Source: the human T2T-CHM13v2.0 reference genome, Homo sapiens. From it: DNA of 64,000 nt. The notes beneath the pieces are model-generated. The model did no database searches. It was given only the letters and a program-made list of their open reading frames with translations, and was not told where the DNA came from. How positions within the stretch are numbered: the stretch's first letter is position 1; every line of letters begins with the position of its first letter. The stretch is taken from the NCBI RefSeq assembly GCF_009914755.1, contig NC_060947.1. One strand, written 5' to 3'. The position numbers and the translations under genes are program-made. Of this stretch, positions 50,183-64,000 are shown in pieces.

Positions 50183-50353
50183 TAAATACTGTGTTCTATA
50201 TCATTATTATTCCTTTAAACTTCCACCTGCTTTTATCACCATCTTTTCATGTGCTCTTCCTTAGATGACAATGGAATTTAAATTCTTTGTACTTTAACCT
50301 GGAAAATTTTAGTAGTGTATTCATATTGTGGTCTTCGCACCATGTAAAACTGA

Positions 50354-50649
<296 letters not shown>

Positions 50650-51204
50650 ACTCCATATTCTTTCTGATTCACCCATGTGCAGAGTACTGTGTTAGGCATT
50701 GTGTATGCTCATCTGTGATTTAGCACACTGTACAAGCTTTCATTATAGGAAATTTCAAACTTAGGCAAAAGTAGAAATAACAGCATAACGTTTCATCTTT
50801 ACCCCCCACTCACTTTCTTCATTTGGATTATTTCAAAGTAATCCCAGACATCAGATTTCATTTTAGCACACTTTAGTAATAATATATTTTGGGTGTATGT
50901 TACAAATTTGTATATTCATGTGTATGTATATATGCATGTTTGTGCATGTGTATGTATATATATATATATATCAAGTATATCAAGTAAATGATTTATATAT
51001 ATAAATGATTTATATATATATAAATCATACCTTTCCTGAAAAAGCAGGAAGCTGAGTTCACAAATGACTCCGCACATACAGAGTAAATGCACATCACATT
51101 TACACTGGAAAAGGCAGGGCGAATGTCCTCCAGTTTTCCTTTTGCAGCAACCATGAAGATTCAAAGCAGAGGTGGTGATGCTTGCCTCAATCTTAATGCC
51201 TGTC

Positions 51205-51215
51205 CTTTTTCTTTT

Positions 51216-51267
<52 letters not shown>

Positions 51268-51276
51268 TTTTTTTTT
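51205..51276. repeat. (TTTC)n microsatellite
   Basis: Direct reading. Confidence 0.95.
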
Positions 51277-52234
51277 ACTCTGACAAACATTTATTGAGTA
51301 CCTACAAGGTGTGAGCACCTTGGAGAATTAAAGTCCCCATGTGGACAAAGAGCTTAGAGTCTACACAAGATATGCCAAGAGTATTAACTAACAATTAAAT
51401 AGAATTTTATAGTTTACAAAGCATTTTTCACAAGTAATTTCTTAAAGCAGCCTTGTAAGAAAGGTATTAACATTAGTCCCATTTGACACATGAAGACACT
51501 TGTGAATGGTAAGTAACTTAACCAAGTTAAGACCTAGTAAGTGGCAATTTCAGATGTTCTGTCCAGATATCCTTTCTACTTCACACTGTTAACTGATGTG
51601 AGAACTTAGGAGGAGGAAGGTGGAGCATAAACCAGGAAGTTGTAAGATGAGGAAAACATTGGTTACTAAGAGAAGAGAATCAGGAAAGGGACAGACAGGG
51701 CTTTACAATACTAGGAAGAGAGTTGGTGTCCTGGTACGTTGGGCATTCCCCTCCCTATAGAGGCCATACCAGAGGAGAACAGAAGGGTAATAGAGAGGGG
51801 CCTGGCCATTCTAACGTGACACAGACATCTGCAAGCTGTGCTGATAAGAGGCTGGGAATGTTTGGTGGCTCGGGAAGGAGGACAACCCTATTTTGTCGCC
51901 TGCCTTATCAGCCTGGATTTTTAGAAATTGCAGCTGTGAATATAAGTGTAAAGTTTTACTTTTTATCGTATTTATTTTGAATAGATACATGAACATTGTA
52001 CAAAAATCAGGCTTTCCTGTCACCCGTGCCCTTGTATCTGTTTCTGAATTCTTTTGCTAAAAGCAAACACTACTATCTGTGAGTTTCTTGTGTATCCTTC
52101 CAGACCAATTATGTGCATACATAAGCATAACTGTTCTTTTTCTAACATCCAGGAGCATATGGAAATGTGTATTTCCATGACAATGAATATTACTATTTTA
52201 AGAGCATACTTGTAGTTATTCACTGACATATATA

Positions 52235-52465
52235 TTTGTCCCAGCTCTGCCATTCTCTAGCTTTGTGACCTTGGGCAAAATTACTTAACCTTTCTAAACT
52301 TCCTTATCTGTAAAACAGGGTGGTGGTGGGTGGAGGGGGTGTTGGGAAGATGACCGTTACAACTTTGTGGAATGATTGTGAGGCTCAAATGAGATAATGC
52401 ATATAAACCACATAGCATATCTGGTATAGTGAAAACTTAAAAGCTCAAATGTTAGCTCTTACTAT
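52235..52465 (+). mobile_element. MIR
   Basis: cccagctctgccattctctagctttgtgaccttgggcaaaattacttaacc. Confidence 0.78.
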
Positions 52466-53071
52466 TCTATTTCCAACTTATACACACATATTTACAAATG
52501 AAAGCTGTTAAGATACTGTACAAGTGAGCAAAGATAAATGGAGAAAGTGTTCATCACATTTGTAACAGCAAAACCACTGAAAACTTACAAGTCATAACCA
52601 TAGGGGGCTGGTTAAATACGATGGATTACTATTAGCTCTTATATGGAAGGAGGTAAATTCCTATATACTGACATGGAAAGTTGTCAAGCTATATTAAGTG
52701 GAAAAAGCAAGATGCAGAATAGTGTGCTTAGAATGCCATTTGTGTGTATATCATTTTAAAAAACGTGCATATGCAGAGAAAATAATAGCATTTATTGAAA
52801 GCATCTTATGTGCCAGGCACTGTTTTAAGTATTTTACATGCACTAATTCATGTAATTCATTTAAGAACCCCCTGACGTAGGTTTCAGGTCCAAAGATACA
52901 CAGTATGTGGAAGATCCAAGATTCAAACTGAGGCTCTTATACACTGAGGTTGAGAAAAGAAGCAGTTAACAGTGCTTTTCTGGGTGGGAGGTCAGGAGGT
53001 CAGGGAGGGAGGCAGGTTAGGGAGACTGAGGAGCCAACCAGGAGCACAGAGCAGGTGGAAGTAGAAGGTGA

Positions 53072-53384
<313 letters not shown>

Positions 53385-53399
53385 AAGGATTTATCTATT

Positions 53400-54800
<1,401 letters not shown>

Positions 54801-54810
54801 TTATTGTACC

Positions 54811-55525
54811 TTTTTTTTTTTTAACTTCAGATTCAGGGGGGTGCACGTGCAGGTTTGTTACCTGAGTATACGATATGATACTGAGGTTGGAGTATGAATG
54901 ATGCCATTACCCAGGTACTGGGCATAATACCCAATAGTTAGTTTTTCAACCCTTGCCCTTCTCCCTCTCTCCTCCCTCTAGTAGTCCCCAGTTTCTATTA
55001 CTGCCATCTCCATGTTCATGAGAACCCAGTGTTTAGCTCCCACTTATAAGTGAGAGCATGTTGCATTTGGTTTTCTGTTCCTGCCATATCCTTATTGCCA
55101 CAAAGGACATGATTTCATTCTTTTTTATGGCTACAGGATATTCCATGTAGCAGGGTATTCCACACCAAACCACATTTTCTTTATCCAGTCCACCGTTGAC
55201 GCACACCTAGGGTGATTCCTTGTCTTTGCTATAATGAATAGTGCTGCGGTGAACATAACAGTGCATGTGTCTTTTTGGTGGAACGATTTGTTTCCTTTTG
55301 AATATATACCCAGTAATGGTATTGCTGGGTCAAATAGTAGTTCCGTTTTATGTTGTTTGAGAAATTTCCAAACTGCTTTCCACAGTGGCTGAGCTAATTT
55401 ACATTCCCACCAACAGTGTATAAACATTCCCTTTTCTCCACAGCCTCACTAGCATCTATTGTTTTTTGACTCTTTAATAATAGCCATTCTGACTGATGTG
55501 AGATGGTATCTCATTGTGGTTTTTA
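54811..55525 (-). mobile_element. 5'-truncated primate L1 (L1PA/PB) 3' end
   Basis: ORF 55131..55427 HCWWECKLAQPLWKAVW...DPAIPLLGIYSK is the ORF2 C-terminus; poly(T) at 54811. Confidence 0.92.
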
Positions 55526-55712
55526 TTTTAGCTTTTAATAACTATTTAAAGTCTGCTGTTTTGATAGGTGAAAATGATATATCACTTAATTTGCACTTTG
55601 ATGCTGGAGAAGTTAAATATTTTTAAACTATACTTATTAACTACTTATATTCTGAGAATTATCTGATTATATCCTTGATCTGTTTTTCCATTTGGGTCTT
55701 AATCTTGCATGA

Positions 55713-56402
<690 letters not shown>

Positions 56403-56603
56403 CAAATTTACCACTTTTTAATTTATACTTTTCAGTTTGAAAGTCTAATATAGTTAAATATATGAATCTTTCGTGACTTTTACTATTGATGTTAAAGTTG
56501 TTAAAAATTTTTGTGGAATGATTTCATATTTAGAACAAATATGACATGTGGGAAACTAATCATGTTGGCTTGATAATGGAATCAGTTCTTAAGTAATTTT
56601 TAT

Positions 56604-56668
56604 AGATGTTTAATAAATAACATTATTAAATGTTATAGATGTTTAATAATGTTATTTATTAAACATCT
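56604..56668. repeat. Perfect 27-bp AT-rich inverted repeat with 11-nt spacer
   Basis: AGATGTTTAATAAATAACATTATTAAA / TTTAATAATGTTATTTATTAAACATCT. Confidence 0.97.
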
Positions 56669-56872
56669 TATTTGTTTATTGTTATTTATTAAACAACTAT
56701 TAAATGTTATTTAATAGTGTTATGTATGGTGTTAGTGATGCTTATTTTCATAATAGATAACTGAATATATTATGTGTATACATATGTATAAAACAATGTT
56801 TTATATATACATACACATAGATGTCTTAGAATGATTGAAACAGTTATGATTTTTCATTTTGAGAATTTTTAA

Positions 56873-57182
<310 letters not shown>

Positions 57183-58095
57183 AAGTGCAAGTAATTCTAA
57201 CAGCTTTTAGTGAAATTCCATGTCTTAAAAATTGTCAGTTTGAATATTTAAATTAAGTAGTATATTCTGACATGAAGTTTGCTATCGTGTTAAGGAGAGA
57301 AAACATCTTTAATTGACTTCTGTGTCTTCACAGGAAGTTATTCACGTGAATTTATTTTGTTGCCTATAAAACACTATGCAATAACTTTTACCTTTTCCCC
57401 TTAACTCCCTCAAGTCCCACCAGAGCTATGTGAAGTTGCACTCATGTAAATTGTTATTAACTGTTTTGCAAACAACCTAATACTTGTAGTTCCCTTAATT
57501 TATATATATATTCAAGTATACCAACTGAATTGCCCTTTTCTTATAATAAATGTGCTTTCATTTCTAATAAACAACCTTCAAAGTAGTAGGAAAGATATTA
57601 ACGTCTGAGCATAGGAGTTGATATGCTTTCTCATTGAGAAATTAGTCTCTAGAATTATAATCAATAACATGGTAAAGGAAAAAATGGCGAAAATATTAGA
57701 GCTGTGCCTAAAACTTTCCATAGTTTGAGCCTATGGCAAGTGAACATTTGGTTTTTATTACCCTTTTAAACACTAAATATTAATACATTATCTTATACAG
57801 AGGCCTTCAATAAATAAAATATTTATAGTAAACTACTGATGAAACACCTTTCATTATGGTAGAAATTCTTTTCAGATTACTGAGAAATGCAGTTCTCAAA
57901 TTTCTGCGTAAGTTTTGCTTAATTCATTAAAGCATATGCAACTAACTTGCAACATACTTTTTTTACTGCTTGTATTAGAAATTCTTTTTGTACTTAATAT
58001 TTGTTTAATTACTTGATCCATTAGTTCAATTGTAAATGACTTCCTTGTTGAATTTGTTCATTCAGTTTTCATGATCGTTTGAAGAGTAATCTAGA

Positions 58096-58308
58096 CCAGT
58101 GTTATCCAGTAGAACTTTCCTGTGACAGTGGCAACAGTCCTGTATATGTGCTGTCTAATACAGTTGCAACTAGCCACATGTAGCCAATAAGCTCTTGCAG
58201 TGCGGTCAGTGTGACTAAGAAACTGAAGTTTTAATTTTATTTAATTATAACTGACTTAAATTTTTTAAGGCCACATGTTGCTAGTGGCTACTACATTGAA
58301 TAGCACAG
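58096..58308. mobile_element. MER3-like hAT MITE
   Basis: tccagtagaactttc...actagccacatgt...ccacatgttgctagtggcta. Confidence 0.75.
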
Positions 58309-58637
58309 ATATATCTACTTTATTTTCATTTAGTTTTCCAAGTTACAGTAAGTGTATTTTCTAGGTAAGTGTTCTAATTTTACAAACTCTTTGAAACCTC
58401 TGGTAAAAAAAAATAATAATGCAAAAGCAAACTCTAAAAATTAATTTACTAAACTATTTGTATTTGATTTTTATTGCATTTATCTGAAACATTGGGTGGC
58501 TTTATTGAACATACCACAGACCATTTCTCCTCATTTCTGGAGACAGTTTCATTCTAAGGAGAAACATATGTCCTAAAGACCCATGAACTAATACTTATTT
58601 TGAGATTGGTCCATAAAAAGTTTTTGTTCATTTTTAA

Positions 58638-58850
<213 letters not shown>

Positions 58851-58937
58851 TGAATATTTCATTTAAACTATCTATAGGTAAAGTTCATCATTTGAAATGT
58901 TAAGTAAGCTTGAAATACCGATAGCATATTTTCATGA

Positions 58938-59186
<249 letters not shown>

Positions 59187-59689
59187 TAAAGCCCAAATGA
59201 TTTTTTTTTTAAAAATCATTTAGCTAGTAACCAAAAAATTTCCCCCCACCAGCATTAGTATTTTAGAGTTATAAACAGTATATCTTATAATCCCAAATCT
59301 TAAGTTTAGATTTTGTTAAATTATAGCCTTTATGTTTTAGTAGGATTTGAAGTAATTCTAATTATAGTTACTGTAGTTAGGATAATCTGTAATTAATTAT
59401 TTCATAACTATAAAAATTTTGTCTTTATAAGCATGTCATGAAATATATTTTAGACTTTCACTATAACCTAATAATTATCTCTGTTGTACTTAACACTCTA
59501 TATTACAATTATTCATTTATGAACTTATCTTCCCTAACAGACTCTTAAATTCCTTGAAGATAAGAATAAGTTTTTATCTTGACATCCTTAGGTCCATGCC
59601 TGACTTACAGTACACATAAATATCTTTGACTTAGATTGTATTGAATGACTCATCCCATTGATAAGGTTTTTAAAATTACATTATTTATG

Positions 59690-59850
59690 TCAGAGATTCT
59701 TAACCAGAGTGCATGTCAGATTTACCTGGTGAGCTTTTTCCGAAATATGTGCATCTAGGCACCCTGTGGAATAGATCTCGTATATGTCTAGTTTGAAAAA
59801 AAAAAATACGCGAGTGATTCTAATCTGCATCTATGGTTGAAATTTGCCAA
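59690..59850. mobile_element. MER5-like MITE
   Basis: cagagattcttaacc...tcagatttacctggtgagcttttt...gtgattctaat. Confidence 0.6.
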
Positions 59851-60166
59851 TTTAAACTATTTTTTAAAACTTTGTGGAAATGTAAAATAGTTGAGAATAG
59901 AGTGACATTGTTGAAATTTTCATTGCTTAAAGCAGGCTATTTAATCTTGGCTCCACACTGGCAGTCCTCATTTTATTTCAATGTCCATAATTTTGGTTAT
60001 ATTTTAATCAGACATGTAAATATATTAAAAATATTTGAGCAGATACTTGATTATTAAGGAAAGATTATCTTTCTTCGGAAATTAAATATAACACACTTGT
60101 TATCACATTTAATGTTTCTCTCATAAGGATTCTGAATGTTAATTTTCCTGCATTTTTCTTCTCTAG

Positions 60167-60373
<207 letters not shown>

Positions 60374-60417
60374 TTCGTATGTTAAAGCAAAGTATATATT
60401 TGACTTATTTGTAATAT

Positions 60418-60423
60418 AATAAA
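60418..60423 (+). terminator. Candidate intronic poly(A) signal (further copies at 60528-60538)
   Basis: AATAAA about 45 nt after the read-through stop. Confidence 0.6.
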
Positions 60424-60979
60424 GGATGCTGATGTTACTGAAACTTATTTCTCTATGTAACTTCATTACTTTAAGAGAATTATACTGAGAAGATTTATAT
60501 ACATTTCAAGGCATTTGCAAGCCGTTTAATAAAATAAATGAAGATATGAATGTGACAAACTTCATTAAGTTTAAAATGTTACATTGTGTAAGCTTGCTTA
60601 AAGGAAATTTTTTTCAGGGCTTTCTGTTTAAAGAACACATACACAGGGCTGCCTCTTAAAATGTTTGTCATAGCTTTAAGGTTTTTTAAATAAAATAATA
60701 TAAAATACGCCTTAGTCTCATGTTGTTAAACATACTGAATTACCAACAAGTAGCTCTAAGAAATGTTGGCATCTTTATTGATCGCTTACTCCTTTAACAC
60801 TTATGAATGCTATGTCGGTTATTTCTAGAAATTAATTTTTAAATTTTTTTGTTGGGAAAATTTTCAAACATACCGCAATTGGAAAGCCTAGTAACATGTA
60901 TCTATCCATCATCTTGCTTCATCAGTTACCTAAATTTGTGGCGCTTGTTTCATATAGGCCTTTTATTCTTGTTGCTTGA

Positions 60980-61420
<441 letters not shown>

Positions 61421-62283
61421 TAACAGAGCCTGTAGTACTGAAAAAAGGAAAAACCACTTCATCATATTATTCAGAGCAGTGTTGTATAATACAGCTAAAG
61501 TCCAAACAGGTGACTAAGATAACAATTCAATTATCTTGCCAACTTATTGTTTACCTCTGTACCATTGAGGATTGGGGTAAACACTAACCTAGCATTTCCC
61601 CCAAGTGTGCTCCAAAGGAAGTTAGTCCATCAAGATGTTCCCCCACCCCTCCAGAGATAAAAGGGCATCTAGATTTCAATAAACTTGAAAACTGTTTACT
61701 CTGTGCCCCCTCCCTTGGAGAAAAGGCTGTGAGAAGTCCTGCAATAAAGTGATCTGCTTAACCTATCCTTTCTCAAACTTATTTGACTTGAAACCCCCTT
61801 TTCAACAGGTACCTTTTAATCTCCGAACATTCTTCAGGCAAGGTTTATCTAGGCCAAACTGAGAAGTTTTGAAAAGATTTCAGCCCCTTTAGTCTCCCTC
61901 TGTACTTTTGTCTACTGGTAGCAATTCCTCTGTGGGAGGATTGCTTTTCTGGTTTCTTATTCTTTCCCCTAATCATAATAGGAAAGGATCTGATCTTAGG
62001 GAAGAAAAGAAGCCAACCACTAAGATATACAACATCATTCTTTTTGTGTATTTGGCAGCATTGAGGAGAATCTTATCTACATTTAGATGTCAGACCTGGG
62101 ATGGTCAGTAGTTTTTCTAATAAGCCAGCAGTTTATAAATGTTAAATAAGGGAAACATCAGGGGATGACAATATTAGAGGGCTTATCAAAGTATGGTTTA
62201 AGTTGCAGCATTATTTCAGTTATATGCTATGTGATAATTTCAGTGTACTCTTTTTCAATAGAAAATAGCTGCTGTTTTCTTGA

Positions 62284-62454
<171 letters not shown>

Positions 62455-62556
62455 TAAGAAAACAACAGTTGTCTATTTCCCTAAACATGTTAGTAACCGT
62501 CCTTAAATAGATGACATTAGTTTACTCAGTCTCTGTTCTTAAATGGTGTTTAGTTA

Positions 62557-63030
<474 letters not shown>

Positions 63031-63809
63031 CTACATATACTCTCCTCATGAAGCTTACAGTCTATTGGGAGAGACCTATTATTTAAGTGGCCAAATATGC
63101 AATTACAACATAGCAGCGTAAGTGTTCTAAAGAAGTTACAAAGTGTTATGAGAGCGTATAAGAAGGAAGAGCTAACCTAGTCTGTAGTGGGGAGTATTTA
63201 AAATGTTCTGAAGGAAATAGTGCTCAGCTTTAAGCTGAGATATTAAGGACAAAGGTGAGCCTTGGTTGGGGGAGGTATTCTGGGCAGAGAGAAGAGCATA
63301 TGCAAGAGCCCCGGGTGAGACAGAAGCAGAGGTGGAAATGGGGAGATGTGTTAGGAGGCTAGTGCTGGTGGTCCAGGTGAGAATTATTGGTAGCTTAGAA
63401 TAGGATATGGTAGACAGAAGGCAAAAGATTCTCTTGAGAAGATGGTGAAAAAGTAAAGTATGAAGATTTGGGATTGGGGGTCACCCTCTTTTTTATGGGT
63501 CTTCCACTTACCTGTGCTGCCTTGTGCTAGGTGGTGTTAATGTATATCTGTAATGGTTCCATTTGTTTAATCGACTGGAGTATAAGTTGGTAGGGACTCT
63601 TGAAGTTTTGATTTGCCATCCGGAGTTGTAAAGCACTTCCTTACTCTCACATGCCTAGAATGCAATAAACCAATGACTTCCGGGTCTAGTATTCTGTGTA
63701 AAAGACAATGTACACAAGCAGTCACCAAGTCATTTGGGTGCCTACATAAGGCGCTATGCTGTATAATAAAATTTGCCAAATTCTGTTTAATAATAAAGGC
63801 ACAAATGTT

Positions 63810-63990
63810 TTCAAGTGAGTTCTATAAAGCCTTTAAGGAACAAATAATCCCAATGTTATTTAAGAGGTCCAGCACATAGCAAGAGATGGAAAACTTATTG
63901 ATTCATTCTGTAAAGCTTACATAACTGTGGTACCAAACCTAACAAAGATACGTTAAAAGAAAAACAAACAAACTGTAGACCAATCTCCCC
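63810..63990 (+). mobile_element. Old L1 ORF2 fragment
   Basis: taaggaacaaataatcccaatgttat...attcattctgtaaagc...accaaacctaacaaaga...tagaccaatctc. Confidence 0.6.
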
Positions 63991-64000
63991 TTTTTTTTTT

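Noticed and set aside
56604-56668. Hairpin as a bona fide miRNA gene
   Set aside because: Extremely AU-rich, matches no miRNA I recognise; reported only as a structure
63567-63879. Cys-containing ORFs after exon 9 as PHF6 exon 10
   Set aside because: They do not encode the expected LYCKNH continuation; exon 10 lies beyond the window

Overview
Human (primate) genomic DNA, AT-rich and dense in Alu, L1, L2 and MIR repeats. It contains the 5' part of PHF6 (Xq26; Borjeson-Forssman-Lehmann syndrome and T-ALL tumour suppressor) on the + strand: a CpG-island promoter, non-coding exon 1 (donor at 18618/18619) and coding exons 2-9 (ATG 22769, codons 1-323). All have GT-AG boundaries and splice in frame to the known PHF6 protein; the window ends in intron 9. 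Bases 1-7080 are old L1 sequence broken up by Alus, and intron 5 holds a near-full-length Tigger1. Most interesting: (1) between 7.2 and 17.4 kb, a chain of splice-bounded, largely phase-compatible but stop-containing segments that reads as an N-glycosylation-rich, Ig-like protein, a candidate decayed unitary pseudogene whose identity I do not recognise; (2) a ~159-bp tandem duplication that doubles the exon 2 splice acceptor; (3) a uORF in frame with PHF6 and separated from it by one TGA; (4) a BC200 retrocopy in intron 3; (5) a perfect 27-bp inverted repeat, a solo poly(A) insertion, and a flip in Alu orientation at the promoter. Repeat boundaries and subfamily calls were made by eye and are approximate.
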